A stretch of DNA of 64,000 nt, from the NCBI GenBank assembly GCA_951406725.2, contig OX597820.1, positions 127,906,001 through 127,970,000 on the forward strand, written 5' to 3'. Every line of letters begins with the position of its first letter. Position 1 is the stretch's first letter. Source of the DNA: Octopus vulgaris. Its lineage: Eukaryota. The notes below the pieces were generated by a model. The model was not told where the DNA came from and searched no databases. It saw only the letters and a list, made by a program, of their open reading frames with translations. This document shows positions 13,757 to 26,079 of the stretch, in pieces. A program made the position numbers and the translations under genes.

Positions 13757-15801
13757 TAGCAGAATAACCAGGTGTAAATGGGATTAAATAGTACCTCACT
13801 TAACTGTGTTTTCGTTCATTTATCTATTGCGAATAGGCAATTAATTCTCTAGGATTATTTCTGTGTCATACCTACCTTGGATAGATAATAGAATGAGTGC
13901 TGTTGTTGAGGTGTCTCTCATGAATGAGTTAAACCTCTACCCAGACCAAGATATCCACATGTCGTATGTTCAACGCATTTTGGAACATTTACACACTTGA
14001 TATTTGAAAAATATTTGATTGTAAATCTAACAGACGAGAGGGATTATTGACTGGCTTGAATCAGGGAACTGAAATTGCCTCTTCCAGAACTCTAACTTAG
14101 CATTGCAATCTAACGTAGTTCACATTCCTCCAAAATTCCTCCTGCTCTTCGCAATGTTTAACCGTCCGTCTCATTTAATAACTGATGGCTGATTGTATCA
14201 GCAAACGTCAAAACTTTTGGCTACGGATCAGGTACAATGGTGTCGACGGGATATGAGCTAGTGGCTATTATGATAATTAGCATATATTTCTCTTGAAAAC
14301 TCAATGCTTCTTAATTAACAATATCAAATAATTTCTTATGGTACTAAATGATTTCAAAGTAAAAATAAATATGATTTTAGTTTATCTTCATTTATTTTTG
14401 GCCAGATATGAGGCCCTTTCTTTGTTGTATCTTTGCTGCGTGGGTCATTATATCAATAACACTTGCCAGACAAAATGCTAAGCAAGATGTCTTCTGGTTT
14501 TACGTTCCCAGTTCAAATTCCACCGAGAATTTTTTTTGCCTTTCACCATTTCCGTGTTAAGCACTGGGGGTCGATTTAATCGTTAAGTTCGCTCCCACCT
14601 AAACTGTCACGTCTTCTGAAATAGAACCAATGCGTGTGTTACTTATTTGCATAATGATCCTCTCAACAGAGAAAAAAATTACGATTTCACATCAAAAATC
14701 TTGCAAATCAAATATAATAACAAAGGCCCTTAATTTTTAGTGGAAATTAACGTAGTACACATCCATAACTTTCCTAACTATATTGAAGGTAAAAATAGCT
14801 ACTAATCGGAGGTGACGCCTCGCTGCTGTTTTCCTCCCATGCTGGGAATTTGCCAGAAACTTGCCACCAACAGTGCCAAAGCTAAAAATTCATATGAAAG
14901 TAGAAACGTTAACAGTATAAAGGATTTTTGATTTTTGATGGCAGGTTCTTCGTATCCAACGATCATGTGGAAGAGAAGCACGCCCTTAACTGCTTGTGTA
15001 ATCGCGGCTGCAGTGACCAGCAAGTTCTAGGTTTTGTATTGGTGTTGTCTTCTGCTGGGTAAATTGTTTTACACGGCTCCAGAGCTCCACCTACGCTGCA
15101 GTTGCTGGAAGGCTGTCCTTTAGGACTCTACTCTTTGTTTTTCTTTCCCAAGGTACTCACAAAGCAGTGAGGTTTTATACTTGGAACTTATTCCATACCA
15201 TATTAGTTAACCTTTAGCTGAGACTATAACAAGTACTACTACTCTGAGCCCAAGCCTGGGAACAACTGTGGCTAAGAGATGGTTCCACATTCCTTAAAAC
15301 CTTACGACTCTCGAACCAAAGTCTTAGCTAGCAGATGCAGTTTGAAGTCATATCAAGGACATAAAATTATACCCAGGAAAATACGATAAATAAGAGAGAG
15401 AGGAAACTATTTATGATTATTAATACAGAAGTGAGTAAATGTCAAGAATTGAAAACAGGTGATAATTGTATACAGAAGTAATTATGAACGATAAATAATT
15501 GTTAGAAGAGGCAGGAAATATATATATATACGTAAACCGCATGGGAGAGGGTAATTTTCCAGTCGGGAATTATTTATATAGAAGTTGGGCAATTATTAAC
15601 ATAGGAGGTGACTAAAAGTATCATTGCCTAGGATGATTGTAAGTGTCAAATGTTGAAAGGTGACAATTATTGATATAAGCGATAGATGCTTATATAAGCA
15701 TCAATGTCTAATTATCGATATAAGAGTATTAAAATGGGTAATTAAACACTCAAACATGAAGACAACACACACACACATATGTATATATATATATATGTAT
15801 A

Positions 15802-15841
<40 letters not shown>

Positions 15842-16610
15842 ATGTGTATAACACACACAAGCACATAAATGCATGTGTAAACATATATACATATTCTTAC
15901 ATATATGCATATATATATGTATATATACATACATGCATACACGCACAGATATATATATAGAGAGACATACATATACATATATGTAAACACATATTTACAG
16001 AAAAACACACGCGCGTATATACACATACTTGTACACAAACACATATATATATATACAAACACAAACATCAATGGATTCATCGATTGGTTATATGATTAAT
16101 TAATTATTTATTCAATTAACTGATGAAATAATTAATTAATTAACGGCAAACATAATAGAGAAATTTAATAAACAAAACTATTTTCAGTAATTTAAGGAAA
16201 GAAATTTCTAGATGCAATATGATGCCTGCTGTGAATATCGAAATCCATTGGTCAGATTGACCGCCTTGTTGTGTGTGCTTTGTTTTACGATGCGAGCGGT
16301 TTGTGCTGGCATCGATTCACTACCATCCAAACGCCGTCTTTAATAAACTTAACGTTGAAAGCAATTGCACTTGACATGCACATGCAGTTTGATGGAAATC
16401 AAAGTCGTATTTGTACGTGAGTTTCATACATGCATACATATATATATATGTGTGTGTGTGTGTGTGGTTTTGTGTGCATTAGTTTATGTGCATGTGCCTG
16501 TGTATGTATATATATACACGTATATCTGTGTTTGTGTGCTTGTGTATGTAAGTATTTACACACAAGCACACACGATCGTATGTTCCCGGCATCGTCATAT
16601 ATACATATAC

Positions 16611-16715
<105 letters not shown>

Positions 16716-17099
16716 TATATGCATACACATATATATTTATATGTAAAACTATATATATACATAAGCATGTATGTATATTTATATATATATTTGTGTGTGT
16801 ATACATACATGCAAATACGTTGTTAAGTGCAATAAAGCTGAATGGTTCAAAGATTTGGTTCTCAGCCATGAGATTCCAGGTTTCACCGCATACTTCTTCA
16901 GAATCTTCGGTAAATGTGAGTTTCTACAGCCTCGGTTCTCCCCATATCTTGAGACTGATATCGTATTGATGGAAACTGTTAAGAATCCCATCGGTTGCAT
17001 AGTATATGGAATTCAGAGAGCTTAGCGTTATTACTCATTATGTCACAGCATTTTTGCCGAGGAAAGAAGCTATGATGACATGTGCCTATCATTTGCATA

Positions 17100-18640
17100 C
17101 ATTTGATATTTTCAACGATAAAGCCGAATTTTTTAACTCTGCCTTACTTAAAGCAGTATATAAAGAAAAAATTACCTATATTAACCCTATTGACAATAAT
17201 TCTGCTTCTATTAATCAGGGTATGAAAACACATCATAACAGTAATAACAATATAAATTTTAGTTCGAATAATAACGCTAAATCGAAAAATGTAATTTTGC
17301 AGCATAAGGGAGATAACCGTTCTTTATATCACTTTATACGAAATAAACATGTCTAGGATTTAAAGATAATTACCTTAATAACAAGGTGTGTCCTAGTAAA
17401 ACAGTTTGGCTGATCATTCCATATGATAAGCAGATCAAATCTAGCCTCCCTTACCAGTTTCGTGAAGCTATAAACAAGAATTTTCCAAAGAGTTCCAGAT
17501 ACAATTCCATTGTCAATATGCAGAATTAGGATAGGGTTTTCAAACACCAAAAACCTGCCACAAATCATTTCTTCGCATAACAATAAGTTGTTAAATGCAA
17601 ATCCACTTAATGAAAATAATAGCAGTGATATTATTAACGCTAACCATTCTTTGAAAAATAATAACAAGAATATTAATACTTCTGATATAAATTCGAATCG
17701 TATTCGTTTCCTTAACAGTAATTCTAAGATTAGAAATTCTAGCTATCAATGTAAAATTACCTCCAGTTCTGATGTCTTTTTTATATAGGTAGCTCATCGT
17801 CTCGGTTGTGGAAGAGAATATCTAACCATTACTCTACATTTAGACATATCAGTAAACGTAACAAAACTTGGATTAGTAAATTAATTTGGCCTCTAAAGGA
17901 ACATAATAAACAATTCGATTTGGATGGAAAATCCTATCTAGATCCTTCCCATAATGACAAAGCTAAATCTTTTGTCCGGTGTGTAACAAAGAGCAATTTC
18001 TTATCATTTTCTCGGCGAATATTCTTGTAAACACGTTCAAGGATCACGTTTATCTTTGTAAAGAGTGGCAAAAACATACATTAAGTTCCTACAAGAGATT
18101 TCTACCAATCTATAAAATTCAACCTTTAACTGTCTTTTAACATTTCATTTCCGCTACATATATTTATTTCCACGATTTTAAACTTTATTCGCATTCATCT
18201 ATCACACAATATTTTCCACTCTTAATTTTCTCTTAATTTCTTTTTCTCCTCCTTCTCTTTCTCCAAATTACTTTTGCGTTAAATCTATTAACTGTTGTTT
18301 TAAAAAATAACTTGCTAGTGTTCCCCTTCATCATATACGCGGTAATCATGTTTGGTTAAAATGGCTTATTGATGTATTTTGTTTCACTTTTCTTCCATGA
18401 CGAGATGATTGCTTTGTTTTATATATTTTTATTCCCTCCGGAATAATCTCAATGCTTTTTTCGAAACATATGCTGGACGTATAAATGATTTGAATAACAC
18501 CTGCGTTTGAGTCTATTTCTTAATTTAACCTTGTTATACAAAAATATTCCACTTAACATTGGAATTTCTACTTTTATAAGTAGGCTGTAATATCTTTGGC
18601 ACTTATGCGAATTTTTGGTACCCTGGTAACTATTTATTTA
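17100..18640 (+). mobile_element. Heavily decayed PLE 3' half with GIY-YIG (Naiad/Chlamys-like); boundaries approximate
   Basis: Frameshifted segments RIGFSNTKNLPQIISSHNNKLL, SYQCKITSSSDVFF/YIG, KRISNHYSTFRHISKRNKT..SKLIW.LKEHNKQFDL resemble the PLE linker and GIY-YIG endonuclease; ends in (TA)n. Confidence 0.65.
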
Positions 18641-18681
18641 CTTTTCCTTGTTATTTGTACACATCGAAAAAATACACATAC

Positions 18682-18816
<135 letters not shown>

Positions 18817-18899
18817 GTATGTGTGTATGTATGTATATATATATACATACATGCATGCATAAATATATATATATATACATATATATATTTATAATAGGA

Positions 18900-21387
18900 T
18901 TAGCTCGTATACGAGTAGGTATATATTTGTAAAAAATGAAGTTTGAAAATGCTGCTATATTATACAATTTTTAATTTTTATATATACATTATAACATGTT
19001 TCAGTTCCTGAAATGAACCTTATCAAAAAAAGTTATATATAAAAAAAGACGCCTCTTGCCGTCAAACACAAGAAATTCATTTATAATACACAACGGAGTC
19101 AGACATCTTAGAGTTCATGTATAGTTGATATATAGTTTGAAGTAAGTTCATTCATGCTATATGTTCAAAGTGTTCGATGCAGTGGCCCACGGTGGCGATA
19201 CGTATTCAATACAAAAAACAGATCAAAGTGGTGGAAAGCAGTCAATAGAGAAGATTGATGTTTCCGAAAGAGCGAGGAATTCATTTTTACCTTAAGCAAT
19301 TGTGATGACCCATGGTGGGTGTTCGCTGGGTGGTTCTAGTGAGTCTTGTGAAGTGCTCGGTTTTATAATGCCTGTTAGGTCGTCAGTCCAGCGTAGCGTG
19401 ACGTCATCAACGTTTTGACCAATCGTTTCGTTAGGTGGCTTTAGTCAAGCAGAACGGGACGTCATCATCATTTTGACCAATCGCTGTATTATAACTGCCT
19501 CTTGTCTGTTTCCTGTTTTGACCAGTCGCTTCGTTAGTCAAGCAGAACGGGACGTCATCCAGATTCTGCCCAATCACGACTTATAGCTACATTAGATCTG
19601 CCCCCTGTCTGTACTTGTTAGGTGACTAGTCAAGCAGAAAAGGACGTCATCAATATTCTGACTAATGACTGTCCCCTGTTTGTATCCTGACCATTCTAGC
19701 AGAACTAGACGTCATCAACTTGTTGACCAATCAGAATCGGGTCTGACCCTTAGCTGTATCGTATGTATCAGGGTCAGATTTGCACGAAAGAATTTTTTTC
19801 CCTTTTTTACTAAGGCATATTTCCGTCAGAGCGAGTGTCTGTTTAAGGTAGCGGCCGTGGTGGAATTTTGCTTCTCCTTTTCGGAGGACTTATCTTTTGT
19901 TTTAGTATTCCTGGCCCAGGGTGTTTAAACTTGGTCTAAATTTTTTTATGAAATATAGTTCTTTATTTTGGCGTTGTGTGAAGGTTGCGTTGTCACTGAA
20001 TTTATAGAGCGAGTTAGTTGTAAATTTCGGATTTACATTTCCAGCACATCTATCTATGTGTCCGCTGACCGGTATTTTGCGGTAATCAGGGTTTCTAATT
20101 TGTGATTTATGCACCGCCATCCTGTTACGTAAGCTATTTTTTGTATGGCCTATATACTGCCTATTGCAGCCTGCGCATGTTATGACGTAAATTAAGTTTT
20201 CTGATGCGCAGGTGAAGTTTGTTCTAATGGTGAACCGGTGGCCTTGTTCCAGTATAAATTCTGATCCTTCTTTCAAGATGACACAGATTCCGCAGTTGGG
20301 CCTTCCACATTTTCTAACTGCTGGTTTTGTGGTTGATGTTGAGTGCAGTGTAGCTTGGGTTAAAATCCTTTTCAAGGATTTTGGTTGCCGTTTACTTTTA
20401 ATGATGGTGTGTGTTTCGAGGATCCGGTTCATCTTTGGGTCTCCCTTTAGTAGGGCTGTGCTTTGTAGTATGGTGTTGAAGGCCTCATTGTTGAGTGGGT
20501 TGTGTGTAGAGATGTAGGGAAGGGTTTTTAATTGTTCTTTCTTTTTTGGTTTTGTTTGTCTCAGGTCTTCTATACTTAATTTAAGTACCCGTTGGATTGC
20601 ACTGTCTATTAGGGGCTGTGGATAGTTTCTATTTGTGAGTGTGGTTCTAAGTTCCTGGAGACGTGTGTGTCGGGTGTTTGTGTCTGATATTATGGTGCAA
20701 ATCCTTCTAGCTAAACAAAAAGGGACATTCATTCTAGTGTGTCGTGGGTGGCATGAATCAAAGGGTAGGTACTGTTTAGAGTCTGTCGGTTTATAGTAGA
20801 TATCTGTCTCTATTTTGTTGCCGGTTTTCTTAATGAGGATGTCTAAAAATGGTAATTCTTTTTCGTTGTGGTCCATCGTGAATTGTATATTGTCATTTAT
20901 TCCATTTAATAGTATTTTAAATTCCTCAAGTTTCTCTATACCTTTGTCCCAGATGATGAAACAGTCATCGAGGTATCTTTTCCAGTTGTTATGGATATAG
21001 GTGGCGAAGGTGTTTACATATTTCTCGAGTGTTATCCGGTATAGTATTTTCTCGAGGTATCCCATCACTAGGTTGGCAAAAGATGGTGCAGTACGCGTGC
21101 CTATCGCTGTTCCCGATCTTTGCCTGTAGAAATCATTGTCAAAAATAAAATAATTGTTCTCTAAAATGAATCTAAGTCCTTCTATTATAAGGTCTTTGTT
21201 TATGCGAGTTGGGAGTTCAAAGGGGTAGTTATTCAGCCAGAAGGTGATCGCTTCTATTCCTAGGTTGTGAGGGATGTTAGAATAAAGATTAACTACGTCG
21301 AATGATACTAGAAGGGTTTTCTCATTGACTGTTTTAGGGAGGTGGTTGAGCATATCTATATCGTCTCTTACGTAGCTTTTGATGTGT
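18900..21387 (-). mobile_element. 5'-truncated Penelope-like retroelement (Neptune-type) with about 1 kb of 3' pseudo-LTR
   Basis: RT+GIY-YIG ORF, downstream non-coding region with repeated motifs and a hammerhead-like core; both ends in (TA)n. Confidence 0.85.
19902..21353 (-). CDS. PLE reverse transcriptase + Cys-rich linker + GIY-YIG endonuclease; N-terminally truncated, frame open upstream to about 21387
   Basis: SFDVVNLYSNIP, YRQRSGTAIGTRTAPSFANL, WKRYLDDCF, LPFLDI, YYKPTD, CGRPNCGIC, NLIYVITCAGCNRQYIGHT...RMAVHKSQI; 483 codons with no stop. Confidence 0.92.
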   Translation of the reverse strand: MLNHLPKTVNEKTLLVSFDVVNLYSNIPHNLGIEAITFWLNNYPFELPTRINKDLIIEGLRFILENNYFIFDNDFYRQRSGTAIGTRTAPSFANLVMGYLEKILYRITLEKYVNTFATYIHNNWKRYLDDCFIIWDKGIEKLEEFKILLNGINDNIQFTMDHNEKELPFLDILIKKTGNKIETDIYYKPTDSKQYLPFDSCHPRHTRMNVPFCLARRICTIISDTNTRHTRLQELRTTLTNRNYPQPLIDSAIQRVLKLSIEDLRQTKPKKKEQLKTLPYISTHNPLNNEAFNTILQSTALLKGDPKMNRILETHTIIKSKRQPKSLKRILTQATLHSTSTTKPAVRKCGRPNCGICVILKEGSEFILEQGHRFTIRTNFTCASENLIYVITCAGCNRQYIGHTKNSLRNRMAVHKSQIRNPDYRKIPVSGHIDRCAGNVNPKFTTNSLYKFSDNATFTQRQNKELYFIKKFRPSLNTLGQEY

Positions 21388-21592
21388 TATATATATATAT
21401 ATATTTATGTATGTATATATATATAAAGTGAGAGAAGGGAGACCCACATACACATACACACACATACTGATGCGCACACTGAAACACCGGTACATCAATG
21501 GTTTGTCAGTAACTGATGGGCCGTCACCTCTTTTAATCTGATCATAACATAATTTGGAATGGTTACTACGAACACTACTCCACTCTTTCTCT

Positions 21593-21638
<46 letters not shown>

Positions 21639-22192
21639 ATCCAATGGTCTGAATATCGTGATATGGCTGGCCGCTTCAGCTCCAATGATTTCAGTAAATT
21701 TCCAGCCTATTTTGCATTTGTATCTCTCGTATTAGCTGCCAATCACGTTGCAAGTCTCAACTGTGCTGTAAAACTTATTCACACGTCGATATCGATGCAG
21801 GAAAAAAATAAGATGGGAGTGGTGAGATGACTAGATTGCAGTGTTTTGGTGTGAAAGCTGTGTGAGAAATAGTTATTTACTTTTAAAGAATCGCACCTTC
21901 CAATGATGTATAGACGGGAGTTGGTGGCAGTGTATTCGCCTTCGTGATATGGTTTGAGTTGATAAACAAATGTGTGTTTTCGAGGAATGGCAGCGAAAAC
22001 AGGAAAAAGAAAATTATTTATCATGGCGTCAAACTACTGGGTTATTTACACAAAAATATTTTTCACTTGATATCTTTGAGTTCACCAAACCTAGCATGTA
22101 TTGGGAACCAAGGGTACTGAAAACTCGATGGTGATGTATGGATACATACATACATACATACACCCACATACATACATACATACATACATACA

Positions 22193-22229
<37 letters not shown>

Positions 22230-22531
22230 ACACAAACATACATATGTGTGTGTATGTCTGTATATATATATATTGATTAAGTAACGTGAAGATGTATTTG
22301 GTATTAAACTTTATTCTGTGCAACGTTCATTTCAACCCACCCTGCTTTTGTTCTTTATATAATTACCCTAAATGGCACTGCAGAGTTCCTGAAGTCGATT
22401 AAACGGAAGTATACCACGCCTGCGTACGACAACAGGTAACTAAACTGTGCCAGTGCTCTATTCGACATTTAAACGCACTAATCTTCTTACACCTATTAGT
22501 TCAAAATGTGATATATATATATATATATATA

Positions 22532-23192
22532 CAATCATATCAAAGGGAAATGGAATTTAATTAAAGTTAAAAGCATTCAAACAAAAATTACATTTCCAGT
22601 GGTCCAACGCGTAAAAAAAAATCTTTGTCAAAAAGACTATATATTAGTCATACGATATAGTGTATATTTAAATACATAGAGAATCCACTTATAGGGATTC
22701 TAAGTGCTAGAAAGAACAGCTAAGTTCTATAACCACCAAAAATTGGGGATAAGATTCGACAGGAATAAATTTGGAAATTAAAAACATTTACCGTCTAGAT
22801 TCCTGGACCAATTGGTTTCTAATCTTCTTTTAGCGAGTCATAGAGAGGTCACGAGGTCTGATTTTCGTCAGCAGGAACCAACCTATCTACACGAGACAAA
22901 ATAGGCTACCTGTCTCGCGTACATACGACCTAACTTTTCAAATTCTCTGCGCAGACGCAGTCCGTTCGTTGACTACAATAAACCGCCAACTTTTAACCGA
23001 AAATTATCCAAAAATTTGCAATATTCAATCATATCAAAGGGAAATGGAATTTAATTAAAGTTAAAAACATTCAATCAAAAAATTTTAGTCAAAACGACTA
23101 TATATTAGTCATGCGATATAATGTATAGTTAAACACATAGAGAATCTGCGCAGAGAATTCTAGCGCGTAGAATCCCTATAAGGGGATTCTCT
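22532..23192 (-). mobile_element. Non-coding pLTR/retrozyme-like element: about 494-bp unit in partial tandem with a short terminal inversion
   Basis: 22532-22686 repeats at 23026-23146 (with a deletion); about 23158-23195 is an inverted copy of about 22675-22712; contains a hammerhead; TA/(ATGT)n flanks. Confidence 0.75.
22798..22879 (-). ncRNA. Type I hammerhead ribozyme, canonical core
   Basis: GGUUCCUG-CUGACGA-A-AAUC..loop..GAUU-A-GAAA-CCAAUUGG-UC/CAGGAAUC: 8-bp stem I, 4-bp stem II, palindromic stem III, GUC cleavage triplet. Folded by eye. Confidence 0.85.
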
Positions 23193-23193
23193 A

Positions 23194-23229
<36 letters not shown>

Positions 23230-23291
23230 TGTATGTATGTATGTATGTATGTATGTATGTATGTATGTATGTATGTATGTATGTATGTGTG

Positions 23292-23349
<58 letters not shown>

Positions 23350-23354
<5 letters not shown>

Positions 23355-24184
23355 TGTCCCAAAAGTTACTGACAGGTTTCAAGTTTTAATAACTTCCTTA
23401 ACTTTACAAATAAATGCATGAAATTTTTATTTAATATAAAGGACATAATGGAAATTAATATGCACAAGTCAAATTTTGTAACACTTCCATATCACATATG
23501 AAAAATTACATCGTTTAAATGGTAGCCATTTTCGGCTTCGCACACCCATGCTCTTTCCAAAACTTGCATCATAACACCCTCAAGAGTTTCAGACCCCACT
23601 TCTCTGATTTCACTATTCATGTTCTCCTTCAGTTGCATCGGCATTTCCCGTTCGTTGACCCTCTTTCAGGTATCCACACAAGAAAAAATCCGAGCTAGTC
23701 TAGTCTGGGAAACGTGAAGCCCATTCAAAGTTGATCACACATATGGTTCCAGCAAGATGGAGCAGCTGCACATGCCGCAAGAGAAATAATGCAGTTGATA
23801 CTGCAGTGCTTTGGAGAAAGAATAATCTCCTGCTACGGCAATGTCAACTGGCCTTCACGTTCTTCTCCAGACTTGCCCGGATCTTTTTTTTCTTTTTGTG
23901 AGGATACCTGAAAGAGAAGGTTTACGTCAACAAACCGGAACCTGGTGCAACTGAAGGAGAACATCAATAGAGAAATCAAAGAAGTGGATTCTGAAACTCT
24001 TCAGAGTGTAAAGGTGCAAGTTTTGGAAAGAGCACGAAGCTGAAAATGGCTGCCATTTAAGCGATGTCCTTTTTCATGTGATGTAGCGATGATGCTAAAT
24101 TTCACTTATGTATATTAAGTTCTATTATGCCCTTTATATTGTTCATGCATTTATTTGTAAAGTAAAAGAAGTTATCAAAATTTG
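23350..24184. mobile_element. Fold-back Tc1/mariner derivative: two inverted copies of a transposon 3' end (about 340-bp arms) around a catalytic-domain fragment
   Basis: About 23378-23720 is reverse-complementary to about 23850-24184; plus strand reads WFQQDGAAAHAARE...WPSRSSPDL...GYLKEKVYVNKP...ENGCHL. Confidence 0.8.
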
Positions 24185-25540
24185 TTAATTAACCGAGTTG
24201 TTATCTAATATTCAATGTGAAACTGGTTGGTAAAATCTGCGAAAATGACTCTCTAATACTTTAATTAATATGTATGCCTGTATTTGAATGTATCTATGTA
24301 CGTATATATATATATATATATATATATATACGTATGTATGAATATATATATGTATGTAAGTATATAAGTATACACGTATATTATGTAAACATGTACATAT
24401 ATTAAGTATGTATTCATGTATGCATATGTGTATGCGTGTGTTTCTTTGGATATGTCTATTTTGGTGTCTCTCTTTATCATCGCTGCAGCTGACTAAACGG
24501 ATGTCTGTACTCATGTCCTGAAATCGCTAAGGTACGTGGCAGACCTACAAATACATACTAAAGTGAAAGTAGTTAACTAAAATTGTTCACGATATTGCAC
24601 CATGGTTACAATCCAAAGACTGATACTACTAAAGCAGTATAAATAGATACTTGTATGTAGGATTGCGAGTGTTTGAGTTCGTGTGCGCATTCATTCGACC
24701 TTCATGCGACATTTTCGTATTACATAGAGACATACAGAAGTGCATAGTACGTGTCTATATATAAACGAGCAAAACATCTTGTTCGACCGTCCCATAGGCC
24801 TCCCCTTTGAGAAACACTGATTTAACCTAAATTTGAGACACCAGCAAAAGAAGAAATAAAGAAAGACTTTTTTTCTATTCCAAAGAAAAACGATTTTATT
24901 CACACAAATATGCAACCGGAGAGTTTAAAATACCAGTAATGATAAGGCTGTTGACTGGGAGAACACAGACATAGTTTAAACAGTAAGCTTGGCAGTACAA
25001 AAACAACAAAAAATGGAAGGTGCAGTTATGTACAGGTTGACGGAAGAAAAGCAGGACAAAAACGATGCATGCAAATGGGTTAGCTGGAGGTAATTCTAGT
25101 TGGAAAAGCATGATGAATTTATGAGAACGTACCTGGAACAATGATAAGTTTATCCGATAAAACATGTAGGAAATCAACTTGGGGCGATTTTTGATGAAAA
25201 TTAAATATACTGCATTTTGTGGCATTATTTCAAGCCAGCCGGCTTTTTTTGCTCAAATTGCACGTGCATTTTTCTCGCGTACGCGTAGTATCGATCGCAA
25301 CAGCTGATGTATTTGCACGTACAAATGCACGTTCCCACGGCTTTATCGATCGCATTCTCACCTGGAATCGATTTTTGTAATTTTTTCAAGACTTATACAC
25401 GCCCTGATACCGTCGGTATCTACATATCAAATTTGAGCGCAATCAGATGGAGGATGCCCGAAATCCTAGACGACACACACACACACAGACAACGGATTTT
25501 ATATAATATATATATATATATATATTATATACATATAAGA

Positions 25541-25886
25541 GGCGCATGGCTCAGTGGTTAGAGCGTCGAGCTTACGATCGTGAGGTTGTGAGCTCGAATC
25601 CCGGACCGGGCTGCGTGTTGTGTTCTTGAGCAAAACACTTTATTTCACGTTGCTCCAGTTCACTCAGCTGTAGAAATGAGTTGCGACGTCACTGGTTCCA
25701 AGCTGTATCGACCTTTGTCTTTCCCTTGGATAACACTGGTGGCGTGGAGAGGGGAGGCCGGTATGCATGGGCGATGTTGGTCTTCCATAAACAACCTTGC
25801 CCGGACTTGTGTCTAGGAGGGTAACTTTCTAGGTGCAATCCCATGGTCATTCATGACCGAAGGGGGTCAAAAAGAAAAAAAAAAAA
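25541..25886 (+). mobile_element. tRNA-derived SINE, family D, full length with poly(A) and target-site duplication
   Basis: TGGCTCAGTGG A-box, GCTCGAATCCC B-box, A-rich tail, ACATATAAGAGG at 25531-25542 and 25886-25897; second copy at 48875-49200. Confidence 0.9.
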
Positions 25887-26013
25887 CATATAAGAGGGAC
25901 GACCATTCTTATATGTATGTAATATAATTTTTCTGAATCTTCAGATTTTCTATATGCTAGACCACTGGTTTTAAATTAATATTAATCAAATTTAAAATTC
26001 AATTTTTCACTCT

Positions 26014-26078
<65 letters not shown>

Positions 26079-26079
<1 letters not shown>

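Noticed and set aside
18430-18485. Hammerhead in the 3' region of the decayed 17-18 kb PLE (UUC-GAAA-CAUAUG)
   Set aside because: Palindromic stem III is present, but the CUGANGA core and stem II are unrecognisable
19400-19732. CRISPR-like repeat-spacer array
   Set aside because: Eukaryotic context, irregular period, degenerate repeats, partly homologous spacers and no cas genes
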